DNA of 63,299 nucleotides, filler included, from Rozella allomycis CSF55 (lineage: Eukaryota), in the NCBI GenBank assembly GCA_000442015.1. It is 7 parts of 7 records of this genome, joined end to end, with 100 filler letters (N's around TTAATTAATTAA, not from the genome) between each part and the next. Parts side by side here need not be neighbours in the genome. Positions count along the whole stretch, not along the records: positions 1 to 27,358 come from KE561039.1; 6 more parts are not named here. One strand, written 5' to 3'. A program made the position numbers and the translations under genes. This document shows, one piece after another, positions 1-12,812 of the stretch (its first letter is position 1; every line of letters starts with the position of its first letter). Under the pieces are notes generated by a model that worked only from the letters and a program-made list of their open reading frames with translations, made no database searches and was not told where the DNA came from.

Positions 1-95
1 TTGTGTATGTGCATAACGTCTATTTTAACTTTGTAAACGATAACCATCACATTTCCCAAATTCAAATTCAAATTCCCGAAATTCACGAAATTCCC

Positions 96-826
96 ATGGG
101 CCATCTCTTTACGAAATCAGCGCGCATATCGCAACACGACCGCTCCTTGCTCGACATCAAAATCCAGCGCGACAAGCTCACACAGTATCACAAAAAGGTA
201 ACAATCGCATACCGCCAACCCAGCTATCCATGATAATTGCGTGCGACCGGGCGGTAGCATTAGAGTGTCTCCGTGTGAACGACCGTGAGAGGGCGCGTCT
301 TGCGCTCCGCAAGAAAAAGTACGACGAGACGCTTCTGCAGCGGACTGGTGAGCAGCTGGCGACGCTCGAGGAGCTGGTAAGGTGATATTAAGGGGGTTAA
401 TGGTTGCGACGATAGAGTATAAGGCTGTTGAGAAGAGTGTGGTGGAGGGGCTTGAGAAGGGGAGGATGGTGCTTGAGGCGCTGAATAGGGAGATGTCGGT
501 GGAGAGGGTGGAGATGATTATGGATGATACGAGGGATGCGATTGAGTACCAGAAGGTATGAGGTTGGGTGTGTGTGGTTGTGTAGGAGGTTTCGGATATG
601 CTGGGGAATGTGTTGAGTAGTGAGGATGAGGAGGAGATAATGAAAGAGTTGGAGGATATTCAGATGACTGCTGTAAGTTTGTGGGTTGATGTTTGAGTAG
701 ATGAAGGGATTGGTGCCTGCGCCTGTAAGTGTTGAAAAGAATGAGATTGATAATGTGAGAGTAGATGAAGAGGCAGAACNTGAGGATGTTGAACAATCAA
801 CTGACGAAGTTCTCCTACCAGCCTAG
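96..826 (+). CDS. VPS20: ESCRT-III subunit Vps20/CHMP6 (5 exons)
   Basis: Spliced translation MGHLFTK..HDRSLLDIKIQRDKLTQYHKK|LSMII..ARLALRKKKY..QLATLEEL|VATIEYKAVEKSVVEGLEKG..MDDTRDAIEYQK|EVSDMLG matches the Snf7-family Vps20 pattern, including N-terminal MG. Introns 198-223, 377-402 (ends ATG), 556-585, 673-700; N at 780. Confidence 0.9.
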
Positions 827-967
827 TCAGCAGTAACGTAATAACGTAATAATCCAATTTTTAAATAAGTCAATGTTAAATATTTAAAAAATAAATTTTG
901 TTAATTTTTAATATTTAAAAAATAAATTTTGTTAATAAACCTTTATATTTTCTTTAAAAACGAACAT

Positions 968-3900
968 TTATAAACCTTTCGGCTTCTCCTTGGTAGTATC
1001 ATATTTCCTAATAAGACTAGCCTGCCCATCCTCAGTTTGCGAAAACGCATAACCGCCTACTCAAAACCCCTAAAATATTTTACGATTCCTCTTAATCCTC
1101 TGCAGCAGCCTAACTTTGTGAACTGCCTTCATGAACCTATCCATGCGTGGTCTGTAATCAGGAATATTGTATTTCTGGAACTCTTGAACAATGTGGTAGC
1201 AGGTGGGAATGTACGTTCTTTTGAAGCTAGTCGAGAGTGGAATGTGAATTGTTACTATCGCCAAGCATAGTCTCTGAGAATGCATGTGGCTGGGATGATG
1301 ATGATTGAGAACCAAAAGATGGATGATGAATATAGCGTGGGTGGCATTGAAAAGTATCTATTGAGTGGAAGGATATTAGTTACTCGTAGCCGACGTTGAA
1401 AACAGGGCCGAGGTAGGAGTAGATGGAGATGAATAGAAAGTAAAAGAGGAATGAGCCGATAAAGGCAGCGACTGCGTAGATTGTGTAATAGTCGATGAGC
1501 AGGGCCGCCTTGTACAGGACAGTGATGATTTCAGATGTGTAGATGATCAATCCAAGGAACCAGAGGCCAGCTGAAGATCCGGTTGACAGGATGATTTCAT
1601 TGAAACCCAAGTAGAACAGAAACAGGAACAGAGTTAGCGAGTGGATGATTGCATTGAAGGTCCATGTCCAGAATACTTTAACATTGAAAAAACTTTTTTG
1701 TATTCCAGATTGATACAATTGGGGGTAATTGTCTAATTGTCTAGCACCCAAATACTGATCAAATATTCCAATGACCAGGGGAGGTAGAACAGTGAAGAAC
1801 ATATTGTACAATGTTAATGTCCAACTCTCATACAATGTTTGACCACTGAAAGTGTTGTAGAATGCAAACCAAAACTGTGTGAGATACAATGTAATGTTCT
1901 TGTAGAATGAATACAAAATCAATCTGCTTAATCTTCTGTAACACCAACCCCCATGAACTAGTAATAATTTCTGTAAATATTTGAATTGTGAAATTGAGAA
2001 ATCTGAAGATCTAGAGGCTTGTAATCCTTCTAAGCCACTGATACCCACTCCCACGTGGGCTGCTTGGATCATTGAAACATCGTTAGCCCCATCTCCAATA
2101 GCCAACAAGATTGAATTTGTATTTCTCTTGACTAATTTAACAACGAGTGCTTTCTGGATGGGTGACACTCTACAACAAATAACAGATTTACACAATTTAG
2201 CCAAATTAAAGAACATTTCTTCTAAATCTTTTTCCAATGCGAATGAAAGAGATTTCCCATCAATAATCAACGCAAAAGATTCAATTTCAGAATTTGATTG
2301 TTTTGCTATTTTCATTGCTTCATTAATTGAATTCAATTTATTCATTAAACAATCTCTAGTTTCAAAATGTGTATTTTCATTTATTATTATCAAATTTATT
2401 TCTTCATTCAACAGTTTACATGAATATCCAATATTAATTGCTGTTTCTTGTCTATCCCCTGTCAACACCCATATCTTTATCCCTGCCATTGACAACACAT
2501 TAATTGTTTCAGGAACTTGGTCTTGCAGTTTATCTTCAATCGCTGTTGCACCCAACAATCTCAAATCTTTCTCTATCATTTCACACGCTTTGTCTATTTC
2601 TTCTGTTCTATTCTTTATCGTCAAACTAGCAGCATCATAAATCTTTTTCCATTCCAAATATTCTTCTTCTTCAATTTCTCTCATTGCCAAGCAAAGTGTT
2701 CTCAACCCCAAACTAGCACAATCCTCCAACTGTGACAGAACCTTTTCTTTTAAATTCCCAGTGGGACTATTCCCAGTGGGAGTATTAGCAGTAGTAACCT
2801 TTGAATCTCCCTCTCTCAAACCCTCCCGGTCCCCTTCCTTTAATCTCTCAAATATAACAGTGTCAGCTCCTTTACAATACAACTTTATTTTATCCCCTTC
2901 CTTTACAATAACACTCATCCTCTTTCTATCACTATTAAACTCCAACACATTCAATATCTCAAACTCCATCTCTTCATTCATCACTCGCACAGTCACACTC
3001 TTCGGTCTCCTAACTACAAACTTATACCCAATCAAACTCGCTCCATTCACCAACGCACCCTCATCAGGCGACGCCGCTTGATACACAATCTCCCCATCAT
3101 CTCCCCTCTCAGGAATCACCGTATGACACACAGACAACAACTTCATATACTCTTTAATCGTATCCCGACTCGCATGCATATTCACATTCTTCATTATATC
3201 CTCAAACAAATAATAACCAATCTCATAACCATCCTCATCTCTCCTATTCACATTCGCTCGGATCATCCCCTCCTCCAACTCATCAATATAGTTAATCCCT
3301 CCAATCATACACCGCTTCAACACCATCTTATTACACGTCAACGTTCCAGTCTACTAAACTCAAATAATATCATTCACCTTGTCACTAAATATATACTCAA
3401 CTTGCCCCAACTCTTCAACCAAAGACGACGTTCTAGCAACAGCACACTGGTCAGCCTCCTCATAATACATGTCCAAATCACTGCTAATCAACATCGCTTG
3501 CACAACCCTCACAACCTCCATCGTCACTATCAAACTAATCGGTATCAAATTATTATACAAAACTACAAACGTCAGAAACGTATACACAAACGAACTAGAA
3601 CTCTCCCCACTCAAATACCAATGACGCTTCTCATCCCCAACTACAAAACCTACATGCGCCATCGAACTCACTATCGACAATATAATCAATATCAAAAACA
3701 GAAAAAATATCTGCGAATTCGTCATCTTCTCAATATTCGTCTGCTTAATTGGCGCAGCATGCGCATTCCTCATCAGCTTCGAATCATGGCCTGTAAAAAC
3801 TACAACTCCATACACCCAGCGCGTGTTCCGCAACGCAGCTCCCCTCAACAACATCTGGCTAGGCTCAAGCGGTATCTCCTTTTCACCAACCCTCAACGTC

Positions 3901-4690
3901 CCCTCAAACGTATACAAACTGCTATTAGGCATCTCGCTCTTCAACACACACCCTTTCATCAACCACAAATCATATCTACCTCTCAGCAAACTCACACTCT
4001 CAGGGGTCAGCATCTCAGCAGTCTCGCTCTTGCCCTGTCTAATCTTCAAATTCGTCTCCCTAAACTCAACTCATCAAAGCAACTCCTACCCGTCCAAATT
4101 AGCAGTCTCAATATAACACAGCGCATCAGGCTCACTGCTGCTCAGCAACACCAAGTCAGCAGGAAAATACTCGCCATTCTCAACCCGCACTATATCCCCC
4201 ACACGCACCTGCACCCACATCCGCTCCTCAAACCGTCCACCAACAAGCACCTTCACAACCCGCTCATTCACCTCCATATCACTCTTCCTCCGTTTCTATC
4301 ACACAATCAAAACTACATTACCCAGTCCTCAACCGCTTCCTTCAACCCACTCGCACTCAACACAAACACAAGCGGCAGCAAAGTACTATACCTACTCCCT
4401 CACCCAAAATCCACATACTTGTTTGTCGGCGACACACCGTCAATTTGCTGGATGACACTCGTCACCAGGAAAAACACATTCGCATACTTTGAAAACTGCT
4501 CGCTCAGGAATTTAGGCAGAAAGGTTAGCAACGTGTACTTTGTCGTAGAGATCGCGTTGCTCAGGTAGCCATCGTTCGGCGAACTGATCATGATTTGCCG
4601 AAAGTTCATGCTCTCTGCTTCGCTTGCAGAGTTGCTGCCCAGGCGCTCGTGCGGCAGAGATCTTTTGAACAGCTTGTAGAGTTTGTTCAT
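968..4690 (-). CDS. DRS2: P4-ATPase aminophospholipid flippase, Drs2/ATP8A type (8 tiny introns)
   Basis: Motifs [56 protein letters not shown], and C-terminal RGYAFSQ..YDTT. All introns are GT-AG. Confidence 0.95.
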
Positions 4691-6430
4691 AGGTGGCTTG
4701 GGCGGGTCGTGCGGTGATACAATTGAGGAGAGGAAATATGAGTAGTGAGTAGTGGGTGGGTTGAAAGATTTTAAAGAATTGTAAAGAATTGTAAAGAATT
4801 GTATATTTATTGGAATCGAGTTTGAGGTGTTGGAATAGGAGAAATTTCCTTTTACGTAAGAGTGACAGTTAGATATCTGATAACTGACTGATTTTACTTC
4901 CTGTTTCGAATGAAAAAATTGAAATAGTTACTTTATATCTTAAAAATAGATATTGTCAGTGATACGAAAGTTTTATTGGATTAGGAACGATCTATATCTT
5001 CCTTTCATGATTTCATCAATTATCGATTATGCAGAATGCTAAAACAAATTCATCGTTAAGAAATGATTTTCTTTTATTCTAATTCTAAATACTAAATAGA
5101 TTAGTCTAATAGTCTATGCTACCCTTCAAACAATTTTGATGTAAATTTTAAAGACACATTTATAAAAGGTCCATATTTAATAGTCGCATCCTACATGGTA
5201 ACATACTATATATATTAGGTGCGGACTCCCACTTCCTGTTTAACCGCTACCACATCTTCTTCCACAAACCTCCATCTATAAGTCGATTAATAATCATTTA
5301 GTTCAATTGTTTTGTACATAACGCTTAGAGATTTGCAATCTTTCTCTTCTTTAGAATCCAGGATGAATTAGATATTTGGGACTTATTCCGGAAGACAATG
5401 TTCTACTTGGTAAAGACTATTGTTAGAGCGTTTCAACAATACTTCAAAGTGAGAATGAACACAGTAATTCAATATGTTTCAGACGGTAACAACTGAATTG
5501 AACAGAAGTATCCGTTCTCGCTGCCAAAGAAGGTCGATTGGGATCCCATCAGGATGCATTATCGGCTTTGTCTTTGGCTTTCCAACTTGACAGTCTTTGG
5601 CCTCTAGAACGTCCCCTATTGTTGCATTCGTGTAAGTCATTATAAATCCATAATGGTTGCTCATGTGATTAGCAAGCGAAGCATGTCACTCGGCTTTTCG
5701 TGTTTTTATTCGTTTAGATAGATAAATGACATGACGTTTACAGATTCAAAGGGGATTCATTGATTCATGAGTAGGTGGCCTAGGCCCTAGACTGTAAAAA
5801 AGTGAGATAAAAACGAAACTAAAACCTGATGTTACTAAACTCATTAAAAAGTTGTCACTCAAAATCACTGGTAAGATATCCAAAAGGAAAAGACTGTGCC
5901 ATTCATATCTTTAGTCTTCCGATTCTTCCCTAAGCGTTATCCCATTTAATGTACAAGACACAGAGTTTTTCAACATCATTATGCTGCACTATATTATTTC
6001 CTGCTAACTAAGGGAGATCTTAATTTTAACAGAAGAGTTATAGTTTGTCTAAAATTTCTCATGTTTGTCTTGTCGGTTATCTTGTCAAAGAAATCAATCT
6101 TTCCATAACAGATCTTCTTTAGCACGCTGACTATTGTCGAATAGAAGTACCAAGCAGAGTTTTGTTGCCGGGTATTATCAAAAAGAGATGAACCCATGCG
6201 CCTAGACACACGGAATCAATTCCTCTTTACAATGAGATTATAGACCAGAGGTAAACATATAAATATATAAAGAAACGAAACACTTAATGAAGTTTGCCAG
6301 CTCGGGGCAAAAAGGGATATTTTTCAGAAGCCCGGGGTCGGGGTAGCCGGCGTGTCGATTTAACCAACCCATAGCGTGAACTCATAAAATCAAATAACGC
6401 CGTAATGCTTGAATACACTTTAACATTGCT

Positions 6431-7799
6431 TTATTTCATCAATTTTAAAATAAATGTAATAATTCCAATAACAATAGTTCCAATGCCAAAGATCACAATG
6501 AATATGGAGCCGCCGTACAGGATTTTGTTATTTCCAATATGTCCATCGGCAAATGTTTTGGCCTCTAGCATATTATCACTACTTCCAGTGTGACAATGTA
6601 CCAATAGCCTCTCATTTTCAAGTTCATCATTACAAGGCTGTGTTAACTTTTCTCTTACAGCGAATATGTAGCAAAGACCTGGAAGCACATAAGCAATACA
6701 CGTTGAAGCAACAATCCCCACCAGTTCAAATGTAGATCCGAGATCATGCACAATACAGCTGACACCAACGACTGTCGCCCAAAGAACCAACGACACCACA
6801 ACCCTAGACCTTGTCCTTACAACCTCCATGATCGCCGTCCTGGTCGGATAAAACTGCGTTGGAAACACCACCATCATATCCACTGCCAAAAGCATTCTCG
6901 CAGCGATAATAAAAGAATCACCAGCAGGAAAATTGTTCAAGACGTTTCCCGCCACATCCTTCCCAAAAGCAATATAGCCAGTCAATGCGAAAGCCATTGA
7001 AACCGCCAGGGAGATTGCTGTAGAAACTAAAGTAGCGAGGAACCAGCGTTTCCGTGATGGATGTGACAATGTTGCGAAATTAATAAAGGCGGTGTGGTTT
7101 GAAACAAATGCGAATGCCATGACGCCTATATTCGTAGAGGAGAGTGATTACCGATGGCGGGGACTAGATTTGGTTCGATAAATGAGAATGAACGGTCATG
7201 GCCGCGTGCATAATGTGGACCGAAAAATGAGCGAGCGAATACTAGACAGACCATTGCTGGTAGAGCTACCAATGCAACTGTGGCGATTCGTGCTAATGAG
7301 CCTAATGATTGTTTCCATAGGAGGGGAAAGATAAAGATTAAGGATATTGTGATTATTGATATCCTTCTATCCACTAGAAATGAATCTGCAGAAAGCATTG
7401 ATTCTTTGAGGATCATAGAGATGCAATCGCCGATGATAACTATGAATAAATAATGAATAGTATACTGTTGTAAGATATCATTGAACCGATACCATTTAGT
7501 ATGATAGCTGCTTGCACGATGTATATTCCATATCTCGGCAGTGAATTTTGTACCATTGAGGAATAGTCATTGACTAGTAATATTTTGCCTGTTGTTATCA
7601 TGAGATTGAGTGAGAGAACTGATAATAAGGCAACAAGGATCATTAGGAGGATGCCCATTCCTAGACCTGATTCTGTCAGGGCAAAGGGCAAACCTATTAG
7701 CCCGGCACCTAGGGTTGAATTAGTGATGGCTATAGCTACAGCTATAATGCCTCTTTTTGGGATATGAGCGAAAATATCTATAGGGATGTCTTGACGCAT
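6431..7799 (-). CDS. Amino acid transporter, Aa_trans (AVT2/SLC38-like)
   Basis: NSTLGAGLIGLPFA and GVMAFAFVSNH motifs, many hydrophobic segments, two 26-nt GT-AG introns. The start could instead be the ATG at 7859. Confidence 0.85.
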
Positions 7800-7888
7800 T
7801 CTTGAAAATTGACAATTTGAAGTATAAGGGATATAGATGATAAAAAGTAATGATAACATATTTTATAAGTGTGTGAGAATAATTTATT

Positions 7889-9725
7889 TTATTTTTTTAA
7901 AAGTTTTTCAATTTTGGCATCTACAAGAGCTAGATCAGATTGCAATGACGCTACTTTTGAATGACGATCCTTTTTGTCTGTTGGATGTAAAACAGCATCG
8001 TATATTTGATTTACGAGATTAATTTTAGCTTTAGAGTGTCCAATGTAATCAGAAAAGTGGGAGGAGAGGAGAGAGCCAGTAGTTTTAGCGAAAGCAGCGA
8101 GGTAGTCTAATTCATCGTTGACTTTTGATATTCTTGCTTTTCTTTGTTGATCGAATTCAGAGAGATCGTTTGTTTTCTTTGAATATTCAAATGATTGATC
8201 CAACGCTTTTAAATCTGCAACAATTTTGGAATGTGAATGAGAAAGTTCATAAACACAAAGTTCAATTCTTTCTAATTCTATTTGATCTTTTGTCTGTGAA
8301 AGAAATTTGAAATTTTATTACTTTTTTGATTGACCAATCAACGTTCACTCCAATGATGGCCAAAACAAAAAGACAAAAAAATGAAAAAGAAACGTAAAGA
8401 ATTTTCTTTAAATAAGAAACAAAAGAATAATCATAAGAAATCTAATAAAGAATGAAGAATTGTTTGATTACTTTGATATTCTTGATATTCTTTTCAATTA
8501 AATTGAATTTGTTTAAAAAGAGAACATTTCTTCCAGAATAATCAAAATAAGAAAATTTGTGATTCAAATTTGATTGAAGTTCAAATGGATAATTTGATTC
8601 GATATTTCTAAAATTGATTGATTGATTAAAGTTTACGCTGAGCCTTCAGGGAAAACAATTTCCATTGAAAATTCTTCAACTGGAATGTTTTCAAAAAGAA
8701 ACGCCAACGGAAAATTAAATTCGTGTTTATTCGTTACATTTTTTATTAAATATTCATTCAGGGGTAATTGGTAGCCGCTAGTCCAAGAATAGTTCCAACT
8801 CCCATAAAGTGGATACCTTGGAACCAAATTTAAAATTGTAGATTTCGTTTCTTTTTTTATTGTAATTGTTGAAACATATCCAACTTCATCTTTAAATGTT
8901 ATTTCACTCGCACTCTTTGGCAATTTCAATTGAAGAAACGAAATTTCACTTTCACCCCTGGCCTGACTCATTGGATTATTTTTATATCCATCCTTCAATT
9001 CTGGCCCTTTATGTTGCACATGAAATGTATCATGAACTGTAATCTCATTCGTCCAATGCGACAACTCAACCACGCGGTGCAATCTAGTCACCGAAAACAA
9101 TTGGCCAGAATATTTATATTGTATTCTCATCGGCTTCAAATCCCACGCTTCTACATCTTTATACATACCATACACAATCATATTCTTCTCTTTTATTGTT
9201 TCTCCCAATTTGTCGTAAAACTTTACATCAGTCCTCTCAGGTAATCTATAACCCAATCATCCATCCCTTACTTTATAAATGTCTTTTGCTTCTCAATCAC
9301 ATCTACAGACGGCACATACCCATAAAAGTCATATCTAACATACTGCGGCTCATGTTGCTGTATCTTTTTCGGAAAAGGCACCAAACTACCAACAATAGAA
9401 AACACCACTTCCGTCTTCAAACTATCAGCCTCCACAGCATAGCATTTCCACTCCCTGTAACAATTCAACTACTTCCTTACTCTCTATCCGGACATTCGCC
9501 AACAATATACGGCAATTCTTTCCCCTGCTCATTTTTTGCTTCAAAAATAGCCACTTTGCTATCAACAGGTATCGGCACATGGAACCTTGACACATTCCTT
9601 AGTTTCACCGTCCACGCCTCTTGCACAATAGAGGTTTGGCATGATATAACTCTCTTTATAGACGCAATATCTGCGCACTCGCTGAAAATTGCAAAGACAA
9701 AAATTAGAAATATATCAGTAACCAT
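7889..9725 (-). CDS. OST1: Oligosaccharyltransferase subunit ribophorin I (Ost1), 6 exons
   Basis: Signal peptide; VELSHW, DEVGYVST, PRYPLYGSWNYSW, FPEG and FSYFD..GR motifs; one TM segment then a cytosolic coiled tail; five GT-AG introns. Confidence 0.9.
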
Positions 9726-10007
9726 CTACAACTTGACCAGGGTTGGATGGAATGGGCCTTCAAAGCAAGAATATTGTAATATACACAAATGTAATATGTA
9801 GGTATGAATTGGATTTAATCGGTTTTAATCTGTGTACTTGATCGGGTTTCAGAGACATATGTCATTGATTATTCACCAATATCAAATGCATACAAATTAC
9901 AGTTTACATATATTTCATTGATCATTCAATATTTCAATTCTCAATTTAGGCAAAATTACTATATATATTCTCACTTCTCTTTACTGACCCAAATACCAGG
10001 GTGCTGT

Positions 10008-11716
10008 ATGAGTAAACATATAGTGATAGTCGGCGGTGTAGCCGGTGGCGCCACCTGCGCAGCGCGCCTTCGCCGATTAAGTGAACAAACCAGAATAACC
10101 ATATTCGAAAAGGGCCCATTCGTTTCATTCGCCAACTGCGGCCTTCCATACTTTATTGGCAACATCATTGAAAAGGAAGACAGCTTGCTGCTAGCGAAAC
10201 CGCAGCTCTTTAAAGAGAGATTCAACATCGATGTTCATGTGAACCACCAGGTCGTGGGCATTGATAGAGCAAAGAAGGTTGTTTTGGTGAAGANAGGTTG
10301 TGGGCATTGATAGAGCAAAGAAGGTTGTTTTGGTGAAGAGCCAGGGGAGTGGCGATGTGCAGCATGTGAGCTATGATTACTTGGTGCTTTCTCCGGGTGC
10401 GGCGCCGGTAAAGCCTGTGGTGGCGGGGATGGATCTACCTGGGGATCTTTGTACTGCGTAATGTGCCGGATAGCAAGCAGATCAAGGAATGGATTCAGAG
10501 TAGAAGTGTGAAATCTGCGGTTATTATTGGAGGTGGTTTCGTGGGCCTTGAAATGGCTGAAAATCTGGTTCATTTGGGAATCAAGGTGTCTATATTGCAG
10601 AACACGAATCAAGTCATGAATCCGTTTGACTATGAAATCGTGTCGCCGTTGCACGATGTTATTAAAGAGCATGGAGTAGAATTAAGGCTTGGAACGACTT
10701 TTACTGGATTTGAACAGAATGGATCCAAAGTTAAAGTTCTTACTAAAGATAGTCAATCGCTTGAAGCTGATATTGTTATTCTTGCTATTGGTGTTAGACC
10801 GGATGTTGAAATCGCAAAGCAGGCTGGACTGGAAATTGGCTCGTTTGGCGGGATCAGAACGAATGAAAAGATGCAGACATCGGATCCTTCAATTTACGCT
10901 GTTGGTGATTGCATAGAAACTAAAGATTTTCAGACAAGAGAATGGACAAACATTCCACTTGCAGGGCCCGCTAATCGTCAAGGTAGAATAGCAGCTGACG
11001 CTATCATGGGGCGTGACGTGGCATACAAGGGCGTTCTCGGCACTGCTATATGCAAAGTCTTTGAAGGAATCGTTGCATGCACAGGTTTAAGTGAGAAGAT
11101 GCTGATAAAGAAGCAAATTCGATATCAAAAGTATTACTTGTTTCCCAACCATCATGTCGGTTATTATCCTGGTGCTGAACAAATACACATGAAGATACTA
11201 TTTGACCCTGAGAATGGAAAGATTTTGGGTGCTCAAGCGTTCGGCACTGAAGGAGTTGATAAACGAATTGATATTTTAGCGGTCGCTATTCAATCAGGAA
11301 GAACAGTTCACGACTTGGAAGATATGGAATTATGCTATGCCCCGCAATTTGGTGCCGCTAAAGACCCCATTAATTTAGCAGGAATGATTGGCTCAAACTA
11401 CATGAAAAATGAACATCCTCTTTGTCATTGGAATGATAAAGAAGTAGTTGACTTAATGAATGGTAACAACAATGGAATCTTAATCGACGTGCGAAGCAAC
11501 GCAGAGTACGAAGATGGACACGCCCCCAATGCAGTCAATATCCCTCTTCCTGAATTGAGACTCAAGCTGGAAGGATTGTCTAAAGATAAACCCTTATATG
11601 TTTACTGTAGAGTTGGACAAAGAGGGTACTACGCTACTAGACTTTTATTACTCAATGGCTTCATTGTGAAAAATGTCAGTGGAGGCTTCTTGGCTTATGA
11701 ATCATCAAATAAATGA
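10008..11716 (+). CDS. Bacterial-type CoA-disulfide/persulfide reductase (FAD-dependent pyridine nucleotide-disulfide oxidoreductase) fused to a C-terminal rhodanese domain; intronless
   Basis: GGVAGGATCAARLRR, SFANCGLPY (redox Cys), GGGFVGLEMAENL, AVGD, LAGPANRQGR, YAPQF, and rhodanese DVR..EY..GH..YCRVGQRG. The apparent break is the duplicated overlap at N10294. Confidence 0.9.
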
Positions 11717-11782
11717 TAGAATGTTCATCTTGATTTATTTTTTGAGTGAATTATTTCATTTATTTTCTGATATTGTTGCCAT

Positions 11783-12703
11783 TTATTTCTCCCTTTCTGT
11801 TGATGAGATTAATACACTGCACATCGGACAATAAGCCTTAAAGGACTCCATTCTCAAGCTTTCAATACAATGGTAGCAGAATACGTGACCACAAGGACTG
11901 CACTTTTGCCTTATGACCATTTGCTTGAGACATATTCCACATTGGTTAGGAGAAGGAATAATGGCCTCTTTGTGTGAGAAAATCTTTTTAAATTTCGATT
12001 CTATTTGTAGTGAAGACAACAAAGGCATAATTGAAGTCAAGAATTCTGACAAAACGTTCCATATCATCTGTCTGTCTGTGAATTCCAAAACTATCATTCT
12101 TTCCAAGGAGTCATCATTAACTATCGAACGGAAACCAAACAGTCTTTCAAACCATGNGGGCATAATTGAAGTCAAGAATTCTGACAAAACATTCCATATC
12201 ATCTGTCTATCTGTGAATTCCAAAACTATCATCCTTTCCAAGGAGTCATCATTAACTATCGAATGGAAACCAAACAGTCTTTCAAACCATGTTCGGTATT
12301 TCTCATCTTTAAGAAACAACAAGAAATTCAACAGCTCAAATGCACTATTAATCTCTTCATTATAATCTGCTACGAACAAAGGCATTCTTGTCTTGCATTT
12401 GGACCAACATAATGGCAAAAGTACATTCCACATGAAATAGTTTCGCTTGTCAACTGATGAAAGTCCTGTTTTCTTTGACTCTGATTTTGAATAGACCAAG
12501 TTTTGTAATTCATCGCCGTAACTTGCATTTCTTTTGGAAATGTTGTAGTAAAAGGATATACACCGAATGACAAATGTTATAATTGATTTGTATTTGTATT
12601 TAAAATTGCCATTAAATTGGGAAAGCGCATTTGATATTCTTGATTGCAAGATATTTTCCAATTCCAAGTCTAATGATTGCGCATCCAGCAGTACAGATTT
12701 CAT
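11783..12703 (-). CDS. PEX2: Peroxin Pex2 (Pex2/Pex12 N domain plus C3HC4 RING)
   Basis: LDAQSLDLEL, ASYGDELQNL, EFTDRQMIWNVLSEFL, and RING CGIC..CGHVFCYHC..CPMC. The internal ~44-aa repeat is an overlap artefact at N12157. Confidence 0.85.
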   Translation of the reverse strand: MKSVLLDAQSLDLELENILQSRISNALSQFNGNFKYKYKSIITFVIRCISFYYNISKRNASYGDELQNLVYSKSESKKTGLSSVDKRNYFMWNVLLPLCWSKCKTRMPLFVADYNEEINSAFELLNFLLFLKDEKYRTWFERLFGFHSIVNDDSLERMIVLEFTDRQMIWNVLSEFLTSIMPXWFERLFGFRSIVNDDSLERMIVLEFTDRQMIWNVLSEFLTSIMPLLSSLQIESKFKKIFSHKEAIIPSPNQCGICLKQMVIRQKCSPCGHVFCYHCIESLRMESFKAYCPMCSVLISSTEREK

Positions 12704-12812
12704 TTAGAAATTTCTCAGATCGATATCTCTTTTCTAAATCCAAGAATTATTTTTTTAACTTAATAGTTTAATTGATTTTATTCACGTGTATTTATATTTA
12801 TTTACTTGTTTA

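Noticed and set aside
3078-4568. 496-aa + strand His/Leu/Pro-rich ORF
   Set aside because: Antisense shadow of the flippase, produced by extreme C-rich skew that depletes stop codons.
10254-10340. Apparent frameshift or split in the CoA-disulfide reductase
   Set aside because: Duplicated overlap around N10294; removing it restores one ORF.
12021-12290. Internal tandem domain duplication in Pex2
   Set aside because: Overlap artefact centred on N12157.
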